NCBI GenBank assembly: GCA_964016885.1 | Contig: OZ024756.1 | Coordinates: forward strand, 38,626,001-38,690,000 | Reading direction: 5' to 3' | DNA: 64,000 nt | Source of the DNA: Eledone cirrhosa | Taxonomy: Eukaryota | Part shown: positions 12,793 to 26,153 of the stretch, one piece after another | Layout of the letters: each line of letters opens with the position of its first letter | Position numbering within the stretch: position 1 is the stretch's first letter | The notes under the pieces: model-generated | The model's input: the letters and a program-made list of their open reading frames with translations, nothing else | What the model was told of the DNA's origin: nothing | Database searches by the model: none | Program-made: the position numbers and the translations under genes

Positions 12793-13170
12793 TGGAAGGT
12801 GAGAGTGGAGAGAGAGAGGTGCTACACCCCAGTAAATTCGCTGAAAGGTGGGTGAATGTGGCAAAAATGGCCCGAGTGAATGGGCCTTCTCTATATAAAC
12901 CTGTAGGTTGAGGAAGATAAACAGAGGGAAGACAGGAACACCTACAAAACGTGTTCCTGGTGTTGAGGGTTGTTCTACCCACGGGGTGTAAAATAACCCT
13001 GCTGTAACGTTTCCCCCCTATTGGAGATTTCAATTGTTATTTTATTATATATAGTTTATTGTTATTTATTAATGTTAAAATTATTTTATGTAAAACCCCC
13101 GCCGTCACGTCTTATATTGTCCCGTTTTTGTACGCCCCTGTGGCAAATAAAGAAAGATATCTATCTATAA
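12793..13170 (+). mobile_element. 5'-truncated LINE 3' end, probably L1-Tx1 clade
   Basis: EREVLHPSKFAERWVNVAKMARV C-terminus, 3'UTR, AATAAA, then TATC; three copies in the window. Confidence 0.7.
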
Positions 13171-13197
13171 ATGTATCTATGCTGGTATATATGTATT

Positions 13198-13251
<54 letters not shown>

Positions 13252-13353
13252 GATATTAAATAAATGGAAACTATATTTATAAAAAAACATATTTATTCTA
13301 TTATATATAACAAATTCAGAAACGACATATTTATTCTATTATATATATTTCAA

Positions 13354-13417
<64 letters not shown>

Positions 13418-13688
13418 ATCTATGTCGGTATGTATATATATTTTCCATTACATTTTTTTGAAAACATGAATGAAAGTTTAACATTTCAATAAGCTATTAA
13501 TTACACACATTATATATAGTGCGTGTGTGCTAGCTATATATATATATATATAGGGTGTCCTCTAAAAATGTATACACACTTTGATTAGAATGGTGCTGAA
13601 GTGTGCATACATTTTTTGGGGTTGCAACTTATGTGTGTTTATATATATATATATAAACAATGAGCTATTTGGTTGTGGATTATTCAAC

Positions 13689-13741
<53 letters not shown>

Positions 13742-13743
<2 letters not shown>

Positions 13744-14007
13744 CAAAAGGGATATTCAATTTGTTGGTAATTCAACAAATATAAATGTTTATAACTGATT
13801 CAGAGCACTCGACAGATTTTCTGGAGTATAATATTCATATTTTACTGCTTTTACAAAACCATATTTTTCTATTATATATATTTCAAGGGTACCAAAAACT
13901 TTGGTACGCTTTCATCAGATAAAATACAAAAGTTTGTTTTATACCCTTGAAATATATATAATAGAATATATATGGTTTTATAAATATAGTTTCCATTTAT
14001 TTAATAT

Positions 14008-14012
<5 letters not shown>
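13742..14012 (-). mobile_element. TA-embedded Penelope-like pLTR remnant, family A, with inverted arm
   Basis: Homologous to 42135-42400; inverted partial copy at 13943-14010; flanked by (TA)n. Confidence 0.7.
13865..13926 (-). ncRNA. Type I minimal hammerhead ribozyme (predicted)
   Basis: TATTTTAT-CTGATGA-AAGCGTACCAAA/TTTGGTACCCTT-GAAA-TATATATA^ATAGAAAA. Confidence 0.75.
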
Positions 14013-14068
<56 letters not shown>

Positions 14069-14345
14069 GTGTGTGTGTGTTCTCTCTCTCTGTATATATA
14101 TATATACAGAGAGAGAGCACACATATATAATATATATATACACACACACACTCCATCCGCACCTCACTGGTAGATAAATCGCAGTCGGGTATCTGCTGTT
14201 GAACACATATACAATGTACCATATATATTTTGAATTGAGGTTTTCTAGGTCCAGTAGATAAGTCACATGCTAGTTTTTTTTAATATTGTTTTTGTGAGAA
14301 ACGAGGTAACATATACAGGTGTATGTGTGTATGTGTGTATGTGTT

Positions 14346-14395
<50 letters not shown>

Positions 14396-14396
14396 T

Positions 14397-14437
<41 letters not shown>

Positions 14438-14486
14438 TACACACAAATCAACTAACTATTTTTATTGATTATATATATATATATAA

Positions 14487-14613
14487 TGATGATTTCTCCC
14501 GAATGAAACAGTTCTAGTCTCGTAGAAGCTTTTTCTATATTTAATATTTATACTCTGCTTTGTATTGAGTACCTTACTTACTGTGGTTACCCCCGATTGA
14601 ACCCGGGATAAAC
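14487..14613 (+). mobile_element. Penelope-like pLTR remnant, family B (5'-truncated hammerhead)
   Basis: TGATGATTTC..GAATGAAACAG..GTAGAAGC plus tail; homologous to 16462-16588 and 19761-19874. Confidence 0.7.
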
Positions 14614-15399
14614 TTATATATATATAGAGTTTGTGTATGTGCGTGTCTATATTTATGTCTGTATCTGTGTGTTTATATCCAATAACGTAATGGTTACACA
14701 CACACACACACCACACCACACACACCCTTTCTCTCTCACATACACTCACACATACTCACACACACACACACAAAGTAATAAAAACAGGCACCATACTTGA
14801 TAAAAAGTAAGTACTGAGGTCGATATGCTCGAATAAACCAATGTGATGCTCCAGCATGGCCGTAGTAAAATGACCGAAATAAAGAAAAAAGAAAAAAAAA
14901 TATATGTAACAACAGTTGTTTTAATGGCAAGTCGCTGTTGCTGGGTGTTTACCAGTGACTGTATGTCTTGGTTTACTAGTTTCAAAACACAGTTGGACAG
15001 GAGTAGTTCACAAAACCTATATCGTGGAACCCTTATACGAACTCCTACCACTGAGTTAGACCATCACTGACAAATGATACATCTCTATCGGTGATTGTGA
15101 ACCCTGCAGTGGCTTTTAAAGCCTGCTAGAGACTGGCGATATCTGTAGACCTTTAGACATGTTTTGCAGCAAATAGCTACATCTTTTTATGTTCTGAGTT
15201 CAAATCCCACTGAGGTTAGCTTTGCCTTTCATCCTTACGAGGACGATAAAATAAAGTACCAGTAATACACTGGGTCGATTTAATCGACTTTCCCATCTCC
15301 CCAAATTGCTGGCCTTGTGCCTAAATCAGAAACCATTAACGACCCCATTCCACCCCATTCTATCTAGATTTTATACTCTTTTACTCTTTATACTCTTGA

Positions 15400-15618
15400 A
15401 GACGTGTGGCCGAGTGGTTAGAGAATTGGATTCACAATCTTGAGGTTGTGAGTTCGATTCCTGGACCGAGCGATGCGTTATGTCATTGAGCAAGGCACTT
15501 TATTTCACGTTGCTTTGCTCCTTCTACCTGGAGTTGCGACCGATAAATGGTACTAGCAACTGGAAAGACCAATGGAAACATTGTTTTCTCGGTCCGATTT
15601 GACGAAAGTCGATCGATC
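15400..15618 (+). mobile_element. CORE-type tRNA SINE
   Basis: A/B boxes followed by the TTGAGCAAGGCACTTTATTTCACGTTGCT core. Confidence 0.85.
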
Positions 15619-16036
15619 CTTACTCTTTTATCTGTTCCAGCCAACCGGCTGAGGCCATGCTGGGGCACCGCCCTTATAGCCAATATTTTTCATCCCAATT
15701 TTAAGATAATAAATGAAGCAAAAACAATTTTAGAGAGAATTTATTTCGACGAAAAATAACACAAGGAGATTGTTATAATTTCAAAATTAAATTTTATTAA
15801 AGAGCCGATCGTCAGTTTGAACCAAAGGCTGTGTATTTATTGCTGATACTAGCTGTCAGTCAGAACTTCTGCTAGGAGGTGGGATTTGAACTCAGAACTC
15901 ACAGAGCTGGCAAAGTATCCAGTCCGAATGTTTAATAATCCACTGTTCTATGGTGGACTGGTGCATTATTTATCGACCCCAAAAGAATATCAATGCATTT
16001 AATCCAACTCCAACGACTTTGTAAAAAATATATATT

Positions 16037-16152
16037 CAGGGTGTCCCCCCCCCCCCAAAAAAAAAATGTATACACACTTTGATTACCTGTACAGGAAATA
16101 TTTATTAGAATGCTGTTGAAGTGTGTATATATTTTTTGGGGACACCTTGTAT
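16037..16152. mobile_element. Tc1/mariner-type MITE
   Basis: CAGGGTGTCCC...GGGACACCTTG-TA termini; relatives at ~13552-13625, 19288-19360 and 44145-44243. Confidence 0.7.
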
Positions 16153-16395
16153 ACACACACACACACATCATCATCATCATCACCGTTTTACCTCCTTCCA
16201 TGCTAGCATGGGTTAGACGGGTTGTCCTGTTGTGGGCAGTGTCTAGTCGGCTGATCATGCCTTGCTCATACAGGAACTGATTTTGGCTTGATTTCTACAG
16301 CTGGATGCCCTTCCTAACACCAACCTCATTTACAGTGCGTGCTGGGTGCTTTTTCCGTGGCGCCTACACATCCACTTTACAGTGTGGGCTATATA

Positions 16396-16588
16396 TATTT
16401 AATATAGAAAGGCTTCTACAGGACTAGAACTGTTTCATTCGGTAGAAATCATCAGGAAGCTTGATGATTTCTACCGAATGAAACCGTTCTAGTCCTGTAG
16501 AAGCCTTTCTATATTAAATATTTATACTCTGCTTTATATTGAGTACCTTACTTACTGTGGTTACCCCCGATTGAACCCGGGATAAACA
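16396..16588. mobile_element. Penelope-like pLTR remnant, family B, with 59-bp inverted arms
   Basis: 16396-16454 is the reverse complement of 16462-16520 with 1 mismatch. Confidence 0.75.
16412..16460 (-). ncRNA. Type I hammerhead ribozyme (predicted)
   Basis: GCTTC-CTGATGA-TTTCTACCGAAT-GAAA-CAG(TTCTAGTC)CTG-TA^GAAGC; stems I, II and III all pair, with a U-U at the base of stem II. Confidence 0.7.
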
Positions 16589-17138
16589 TATATAACTTCG
16601 ACTCAACTTACCCTCGACTCTTTAAGAATTTCGTCAATCCACCATCCCATGCTAGACTGATACTTTATTTATCGACCCGCAAAAAATGAACGGTCTAAGA
16701 ATTACATTATGTGTACACTGTTCTGTGGGATACTCAACCATATAGAGATTAATTTAATGAGTTTGTAATTCAGTTGACAGAACAACTGGATGCTCGTCGT
16801 TGAATTCGACTGAGGTTCCAATGAATTTACCTAAGCAAAAGGTAATTTTCACAGATGTTGGCAATCGAATTTATCGACCTAATCTTCTACGAGGCGTCAA
16901 CATTGGAATTATCTTCTCACTTCTCACCATATTTTTCATGAAGGCAATTGTCGACACAAAACCTTGATACGAACGAAACCGCATGAAATCACCGTTGCTT
17001 TTATGCGAGAAAACTGTTTATTTTAAAGTGTTTATATTCAAATAGCGCCGAGGTTAGCTTTGCCTTTCATCCTTACGGGGTCAATGAAAAAAAAAAATGT
17101 CCCAAATCATCTGACTGATAAAATGACAAGTCAATCAA

Positions 17139-17283
17139 TCATATCGGTGGCTTCTCCACAGTCCCGGCGGACAGAATAGAGAAGGCGTTTCCCCGGAGGA
17201 CGACAAGGGAGACACGCTGGAAAAGCCATTCCAGCTTGCGAGGCTTACACCTGCGGCTGGCCAACTCAGCGCCTATGGTGGTT
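17139..17283 (-). mobile_element. CRE-clade non-LTR retrotransposon ORF C-terminal fragment
   Basis: Translates IGAELASRRCKPRKLEWLFQRVSLVVLRGNAFSILS..*, matching the CRE terminal FQRxSxxxxRGNAxSI motif. Confidence 0.65.
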
Positions 17284-17756
17284 ATCTACGAATTTTTCAT
17301 CATAATTTTATGTAAGAAGTTCTGCTCAAAACACCAGATATATAATATAAAAGTTAGCTACATTACTAAATTCCTTCAAATTGTTGAGTATTTTCGAAAT
17401 TATTTGAACATTCTAGGCAGTGTCTTTCAGTAGAAATATGATAACGGAAGGTTTAAAGTGTTTATATTTATGTAAAATCCTATCATAATTTTATTCAAGA
17501 GCCTTTAAGTTATGTTTAAACACACCAGATAAATAATGAGATTAGTTATATTACTAAATCCCTTTTAAAATTATTTAAAAATCATAGTCAATGTCATTTT
17601 TTATTTTTGTTTAGAAAGAGTTATAGTCAATGTGGACTTCAAAAACTGTTTGGAAGGGTTTGCCAATGTTTACGAAGGTCAATTTTTGTTTTGGGTTGGC
17701 TTATAATCAAACAAATTGACTTCAGTAAATTATTTAGTATTTGGGAATGAACGATA

Positions 17757-17895
17757 ATAATTGTTTCTACTATTGGCACAAGGCCAGCAATTTTCCCAGT
17801 GCATAACTGGTACTTTATTTTATCGACCCCCGTAAGGATGAAAAGCAAAGTTAACCTCGGCGGGATTTGAACTCAAAATAGAAAGAGCCGTAACT
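17757..17895 (-). mobile_element. Meta-like SINE, truncated
   Basis: Same core as 5503-5719. Confidence 0.85.
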
Positions 17896-18014
17896 CTTTC
17901 TTTCTCTCTCTCCTTCTCTCTTTCTTTCTCTCTCAACACACAACACAACAGTTTACCATATTGTAGGATACGTCCTACGCATCGGACAGGACACTGACTC
18001 GACCTTAATAAAAA

Positions 18015-18015
<1 letters not shown>

Positions 18016-18058
<43 letters not shown>

Positions 18059-18371
18059 TGCATGTATGTACTGCATGTATGTATGTATGTATGTATATAT
18101 AAATGTATGTATGTATGTATGTATGTATGTATGTATGTATGTATGTATGTATGTATGTATGTATGTATGTATGTATGTATGTATATATATGTATGTATGT
18201 ATATATATATATGTATGTATGTATGTATGTATATATAAATGTATGTATGTATGTATATATAAATGTATGTATGTATGTATATATAAATGTATGTATGTAT
18301 GTATATATAAATGTATGTATGTATGTATATATAAATGTATGTATGTATGTATATATACATGTATGTGTATG

Positions 18372-18403
<32 letters not shown>

Positions 18404-18499
18404 TGTATGTATGTATGTATGTATGTATATATATATATATGTATGTATATATATATATATGTATGTATGTATGTATATATATGTATGTATGTATGTATG

Positions 18500-18534
<35 letters not shown>

Positions 18535-19015
18535 GTATATATATGTATGTATGTATGTATATATATATATGTATGTATGTATATATATATATGTATGTAT
18601 GTATATATATATATGTATGTATGTATATATATATATGTATGTATGTATATATATATATGTATGTATGTATATATATATATGTATGTATGTATGTATATAT
18701 ATATATGTATGTATGTATATATATATATGTATGTATGTATGTATATATATATATGTATGTATGTATGTATATATATATATGTATGTATGTATGTATATAT
18801 ATATATGTATGTATGTATGTATATATATATATGTATGTATGTATGTATATATATATATGTATGTATGTATGTATATATATATATGTATGTATGTATGTAT
18901 ATATATATATGTATATATGTATGTATATATATATATATATATATGTATGTATATATATATATATATGTATGTATGTATATATATATATGTATATATATAT
19001 ATGTATGTATGTATG

Positions 19016-19046
<31 letters not shown>

Positions 19047-19118
19047 GTATGTATGTATATATATATATGTATATATATATATGTATGTATGTATGTGTAT
19101 ATATATATATATATATAT
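18016..19118. repeat. Compound (TATG)n/(TA)n microsatellite, 1.1 kb
   Basis: Direct inspection. Confidence 0.98.
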
Positions 19119-19760
19119 AATTGACCAAGCATTGAGAGAAAATGTAGGATTTAAAAAAAAAACGTTTGTTTTTTTTTCTTTTTTCGTTTGGGAAACCACC
19201 ACAGTGCAGATAATTATAAATAATAGCTGAATAAATCGTCTGTCCGTCCGTCTTAGGGCAGTTAAAATAATACCGAAATATTTTTTTACACTGTACCCCA
19301 AAAATATATTCAACAACATTCTAAGAAATGTCTGTATACATTTTTGGGGGACACTCTGTATATATATTTTTTATGGAAAGTTATTTTGGGTGATGGTGGG
19401 TCGAGCTTATAATCACTATGATCCATACCAGGGTTAAATGGTGAGGGATCAACTCCCTACCACCCAACTATGGTTTAAAGGTTTGCAGATAAAGAGATTC
19501 TTTTTTTGGGGGTAAATATCTCTCAAATTTAATGTATTTTTTCTTCTTCTTTATATTTTTTTAGATATATATGAATTATATTTTATATTGTTTTCCTTTT
19601 ACGCCTGTTTCCATGTCCGACACATCTAGACCAGTCTTACTTCTCCCCCCCTCCTACCCACCCACACCTCTCTCCCCACCACCCCCTCTCCCCCCCCCCT
19701 CCCCTTCCCCCTCCTCCCCTTCCCCCCTCCTCCCTACCCACCCCTCTCCCCCCCTCCTTC

Positions 19761-19874
19761 TTTCTCTCGAATGAAACAGTTCTAGTCCTGTAGAAGCCTT
19801 TTCTATATTAATACTCTGCTATGTATTGAGTACCTTACTTACTGTGGTTACCCCCGATTGAACCCGGGGTAAAC
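19761..19874 (+). mobile_element. Penelope-like pLTR remnant, family B, 3' part
   Basis: GAATGAAACAGTTCTAGTCCTGTAGAAGCC...GAACCCGGGGTAAAC. Confidence 0.7.
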
Positions 19875-19994
19875 ATATATATATATTTAACTACCTCTCC
19901 CCCTCTCAATCATCTTACACCTGTCTTCCATCTCTCCTCCCCCTTCTCTCCTCCTATACATCCTCTATTATCTCTTCTATTATCTCTATAACTT

Positions 19995-20525
19995 CTGTCT
20001 AATCACCTCCCCCTCTCTCTCCCACCCTCTCTCTGTCTAATCACCTCCCCTCTCTCTCTCATCCCCTCTCACTCACCCCCTCTCACTCACCCTCTCTCAC
20101 CCCCTCTCTCTCACCCCCTCTCACTCACCCTCTCTCACCCCCTCTCACTCACCCTCTCTCACTCACCCTCTCTCACCCCCTCTCACTCACCCTCTCTCAC
20201 TCACCCTCACTCACCCCCTCTCACTCACCCTCTCTCTCACCCCTCTCACTCACCCTCTCTCTCACCCCTCTCTCTCACCCTCTCTCTCACCCCTCTCATT
20301 CACCCTCTCTCTCACCCCACCCCCTCTCTCACCCCTCTCACTCTCTCTGTCCCTCTCTCTGTCTCTCACTCTCTCTCACTATCTCTGTCTCTCTCACTCT
20401 CTCTGTCTCTCCCACTCTCTCTGTCTCTCATTCTCTCTGTCTCTCCCTCCCTCTCTCTCTGTCTCTCTCTCACACTTACCCTCTCTCTGACTGTCTCTCT
20501 CTCACACTTACCCTCTCTCTCTTCC
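19995..20525. repeat. CT-rich (CTCACCC/CT)n low-complexity repeat
   Basis: Direct inspection. Confidence 0.9.
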
Positions 20526-20950
20526 CGTATCTGTCTGTAATAACCACCACCATGTCTCTCTCTCCTCCCCCCTCACCACCACCGTCCGTCTGATCAATTG
20601 CGTAATCTCTAAACTGTTATATCAAAACTTGGCTTCTTCCACAAGCATTTTTCTATCAACCAAAATCTCCATCGTTCCTTCGTAATTTACCAACCTCTCC
20701 AACAACGACCACCACCACCAATATCACCAAACTTTACATATCCCCACCCTACCGTATTTTCTCAACCTATCTCCTTCACACCAAAGTCTGTGTACGCGCG
20801 ACTCTGTTTGTATTTCTTTTTACACGTAACCTAAAAACAAACCACCACCAACAAACTATATATATATAGTAGTATATATATATATATATATATATATTAT
20901 TACACATATATATTACACACACAAACATATATAGATATATATTTATTTCA

Positions 20951-20994
<44 letters not shown>

Positions 20995-21544
20995 CGTTTT
21001 CTTGTTTTTCTTTTACCCAAATCACATAATTACAATTCATCGCTGCCAAGTACCAGTAATACACTGAGATAATTGCTGGCCTTGTGCCAAAAGTAGAAAC
21101 AATTATATATATATATATTGGGCATCTTGTCTATTCTTTCGTCACTTTTATCTAACCTCGTTTCCTTAATGTCGTATACAACAACAACAACAACAATGGG
21201 TTCTAGTTTAAGCACAGGACCAGAAGTTTACGGGGAAAGGGAAAGTCGTTTAAATCAACCCCAGTATTTGACTGGTACTTTATTTTATCGCTTCTTCTCA
21301 GATGGCTGAAGGACAAATTTGACCCTCAGCGGGATTTCAATTTTCAGAACGTAATAGGATGAGACTGAAGAAACAAACACCGCAAGGCATTTTTAGGTAC
21401 AAGGCGATTTCTAAGTTACAAGGACAGCAGTTTAAGGGGAAAGGGGATTATATCGATACCAGTAGATTACTGGGACTAACAAACTAGCGAAACGAAAGTG
21501 AAAAGTTTGTTTATTATTCCTAATCTCTCCTCACACCACAGTTA

Positions 21545-21835
21545 TGTAATATATATATATATATACACACTGTAATATATATATATATACACACTGTAAT
21601 ATATATATATATATATATATACACACTGTAATATATATATATATACACACACTGTAATATATATATATATATATATACACACACTGTAATATATATATAT
21701 ATATATATACACACACTGTAATATATATATATATATATATATACACACTGTAATATATATATATACATACACACTGTAATATATATATATATATATATAC
21801 ACTGTAATATATATATATATACACGCACTGTAGTA
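21545..21835. repeat. Minisatellite (TA)n-CACACTGTAA
   Basis: About 10 units with variable TA length. Confidence 0.95.
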
Positions 21836-23989
21836 TACATACATATATATAGACATACAAACAAAATTATTATAAAACAAATCCCCTTCCTCTCTCTATT
21901 TCTTTCTCTGACCTTTTTCAGTATTTTATTATTGTTGTTGTTGTTGCTGTGGTGGGAAAAAGAAAAAGAAAGAAAAAGAAAAATTGCGAGGAAAAAAAGA
22001 AAAAGAATGCAGTAGAATAACAACAACAACACAGTGAAAATAATTACGATGATGTCACACACACACATACACAATGCTGCAAGGCAGATCGATAACCAAT
22101 ATGATTCTGTCCGCAGATTTTATAGTTGTTGTTGGTGGGGAACACACATACATATCACACAATACACACACACATATCACAATACACACACACATATCAC
22201 AATACACACACATATATATATATTATAAGACAAAGTTTTTTTGGGATGGAAGATTACGAATTAATTCTATGGAAAATATTTGTTTTAAAAAAGCAAAGGA
22301 GAAACAAATTAATTGAATATAAATAAAAATGAATTGGACAGAAATATTTTCTTGAAATGTTACAAACGGAGAAAGTAGAAAAAAATGGAAGAAATCCTTC
22401 GAAGTTGAAGTTTTTTGGAGATTTATAAAAATATATTTAGTTGTTGCAATATGTCCAGTGTTAAATGAATATATACACATACTATATATATATATATATA
22501 TAGTGTATATACTATATATATATAGTGTATATACTATATATTATATAGTATATATATATATATATATATATAGTGTATATACTATATATATAGTGTATAT
22601 ACTATATATATAGTGTATATACTATATATATAGTGTATGTGCATATATTACACTATGAAATCTACAATTGAGATGGGAACTTCACAGGACAGGTAAGATA
22701 TATTGGGTTATTTGAAGAAAAAGATCTGAATGTTTGTGTGTACCTGTCTGAGTGTGTGTATAACTGTCTGTCGGTGTGTACCTGTCTGAGTGTGTGTAAT
22801 TGTCTCTGTGTGTCTGTCTGAATGCTTGTGTGTGTGTGTGTGTGTATGTAACTGTCTGTCTGTCTGTGTGTGTGTTGTGTTTGTGGATGAATGTTTAAGT
22901 TCACTTCACCATCAAAAGGTCCCAGGTTCAATCCGACTGCCTGCCATCTTGGACCAGTTATCATTCACCTATAAGCCTTGTAAGTAAAATTTGGCAGACG
23001 GAAACTGTTTTGAAGCCCGTCAGATGGACTACCTGCTTGGTCATATATTGTCACACTGAATCTCCCTGAGAATTATGTTCAAGATGTATGTATGGAATAT
23101 CCAGTCATTTACACTATAATATAAAAAGGACTGTGCTTGTAAAAAAGACCGGTTTTGTTACACACAGTCATGCTGAATCTTCCTGAGAATTACGTTCAGG
23201 GTACATACGTCTGTAGGATCAGTCAGTCACACGTTAATTTCATGAGCTGGCTGTTCCGTTGATTGAACAAATGGAACATTCGTCGTCGTCGAAACCGACG
23301 GAGGCCCACTCCACTTTTTATCTTCGACCCGACACTTAATTCGTGTATAAACTCGTCTCAATCCCGTAACATTTAATCCTGAGTGTGAGGGGTCACCCCT
23401 TAGTCATGTAGCTATTTTATTTCGTCTATCTCAGGAGTATGGCAGTTCCTATATTTATTTACCTGTGGTGATCCTTCTAACCCTTCGTAATTACGCTCTC
23501 ATCCATAACCCCTTATTATAAGTTTAATTCAAGGGTGTGGAGAAGGTTTCTTTGTCCGTTGGGACACCCGTAACCCTCTACAACTACTTGATTTTGTCTA
23601 CTTCCGCTACTGTCATCTACTCCAGGGGTGAGGGGACTCTCTCTCTCTTTCTCTCTCTCTCTCACCTGTGGTGGAAGACTCCACCTACTTCGGAACTGTT
23701 ATCAATGTCTCTAAAAAAAAAAGCCGTATGAAAAATAAGGTATTTCTCTATCTTTTTAAACCTTAAAACCCTTTTGTAACCATATTTTTAGTGCACCATA
23801 TTTCTATGTACCTTTTATATTTTATTAAAAATAATCAAGAATTATTGTGAAAAATCTAGTGAAATACCTACCTTAACAACTTAATTATAATAATCAAGAA
23901 CATATATTATATAATATTAATTGTTATGTAATAATTTCTTTATTTTTATATTAATAATCATTTGTGACAAATAAAATATAATTATTATT

Positions 23990-24920
23990 TTATGTTCAAA
24001 TCCCGCTGAGGTTAACTTTGCCTTTCATCCTTACAGGGTCGATAAAATAAAGTACCAGTAATACACTGGTATAATTGCTGGCCTTGTGCCAAAAGTAGAA
24101 ACAATTATTTTATGTACCGCAGGTGTATTAGCAGAATCGTTAGAGCGTCGGGCATAATGTTTCGCGACAATTGTTCTGAGTTCAAATCCTGTCGTGGTTT
24201 ACTTCGTCTTTCCTTCTTCTGAGGTGGGGAATATCAATAAAATAGAAGTCGAGTACTGGGATCGATATAATCGATTTTCCCCTCCCCCTCCCCGAAATTT
24301 CTGGCCTTATGCTTAAAGTAGAAATCCTTATCTGTTGTGTAGGACGGTGGATTGGGTAGAAAGAATCGTTAGAGCGTTGGACAAAATGCCTCGCGGAACT
24401 TGTTCAAATTGTCTTTCATCCTTCTGTGGGGTTGATAAACTACCAGTCATGTACTGGGGTCGAACTTGCTGGCTTTCTGACAAAATTAGAAACCACTATG
24501 GATAGGGTCGGACGCCATACTTTGCAGCATAGAGTTACATCCCTTTGCAGTCTGACTTCAAAATCCAGCCGAGGTTAACTTTGTCTTTCATCCCTACGGG
24601 GTCGATAAAATAAAGTACCAGTAATACACTGGGGGAGAGGGGGGGGGGTAATTGCTGGCCTTGTGCCAAAAATAGAAACAATTATCTGCTACGTAATAAT
24701 TGTTTCTACTTTAGACACAAGGCCAGCAATTTGAGGGGAGGGGCGTATTGATTAAATCGATCCCAGTGCATTACTGGTACTTTATTTTATCAACCTCCGT
24801 ATGGATGAAATGCAAAATTAACCTCGGCAGGATTTGAAATCAGAACGTAAAGAGACATAACTCTATGCCGCAAAAACATGGTGTCCGACACTCTACCGAT
24901 TCTGCCAATCCACTGCCCTT
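23990..24920. mobile_element. Cluster of ~5 Meta-like SINE copies (4 on +, last on -)
   Basis: Repeated B box GTTCAAATCC and Meta-like cores. Confidence 0.85.
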
Positions 24921-25109
24921 AACTGTTACGTAATAATACGATTTTTATCGTCTATAAATTGAATTTTAAATCTGAACTCTTGAAATAGAAGGGGGCGGGT
25001 TTGGAATAGTGTTTAAAGGGTTATGGCCGAAACAGATAATTAGATTTTAAATTGCACACCTGTGAAGCTACCATATCATTAAATTCCCCCTCCCTCCCTC
25101 TTGTACATA

Positions 25110-25555
25110 TGATATATCCCCCTTCCCTCCAGTACAAATATATCCCCCCTCCCCCAGTACAAATATACCCCCCTCTCTCCAGTACAAATATATCCTCTCT
25201 CCCCCTCTCTCCAGTACAAATCTATCCCTCTCCCCCCCAGTACAAATATATCCCCCCTCCCCCAGTACAAATATACCCCCCCCTCTCTCCAGTACAAATA
25301 TATCCCTCTCCCCCCAGTACAAATATATCCCCCCTCCCCCAGTACAAATATATCCCCCCCCCCCTCCTCCAGTACAAATATATCCCCCCTCCCCTTCCTC
25401 CAGTACAAATATATCCCCCCTCCCCCAGTACAAATATATCCCCCTCTCCCTCCAGTACAAATATATCCCCCCTCCCCCCAGTACAAATATATCCCCCCTC
25501 CCCCCAGTACACATATATCCCCCCTCCCCCAGTACAAATATATTCCCCTCTCCTC
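25110..25555. repeat. Minisatellite CCAGTACAAATATAT-(C-run)
   Basis: About 16 units; G-runs on the minus strand. Confidence 0.95.
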
Positions 25556-25724
25556 CATTGCTCTTTATACACAGAATTCACTTTTCTGATACTAAGGCCT
25601 TACCCTCCTTGCCCCCATCTCACCACTAGCAGACTAATCCCGGGGTGGGTGAGGGTTGACTGAGTTGTAGCCAGGGGTCCCTCATCCACAATATTTAAAG
25701 GACCCTAAATTATTATTATTATTG

Positions 25725-25855
25725 GGCCGTACATTCTGAGTTCAAATCCCGCTGAGGTTAACTTTGCCTTTCATCCTTACGGGGTCGATAAAATAAAGTA
25801 CCAGTAATGTACTGGGGTAATTGCTGGCCTTGTGCCAAAAGTAGAAACATTTATT
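25725..25855 (+). mobile_element. Meta-like SINE, 5'-truncated
   Basis: B box, core and tail. Confidence 0.85.
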
Positions 25856-25949
25856 ACTGTAAGATTTATATATCGGAGGAAATAGTAAATATTCTGTCCT
25901 CTTATTCTACCATTCCATCTCACCACCTGACTTAGTTCTAACACTGTCT

Positions 25950-26153
25950 TCACTCCACTCCACCGCACTCACTCCACTCCACCCCACCCACTCCATTCCA
26001 CCCCACCCACTCCATTCCACCCCACCCACTCCATTCCACCCCACCTCACTCCACCCCACTCCACTCCATTCCACCCCACTCCACTCGACCCCACTCCACT
26101 CAACCCCACTCCACTCAACCCCACCCCACCCACTCCACTCCACTCCACTCCAC
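25950..26153. repeat. (CCACT/CCATT/CCACC)n pentamer repeat
   Basis: Direct inspection. Confidence 0.9.

Noticed and set aside
17820-19319. Long YI/HT/CV-rich ORFs here and at 29819-30759, 40685-41292 and 48488-49944
   Set aside because: Translations of TA/TATG/CA microsatellites that are open in several frames; no protein signal
25052-25663. Extensin-like PPVQIYPP protein ORF
   Set aside because: Variable C-run lengths shift the frame between units; it is a minisatellite
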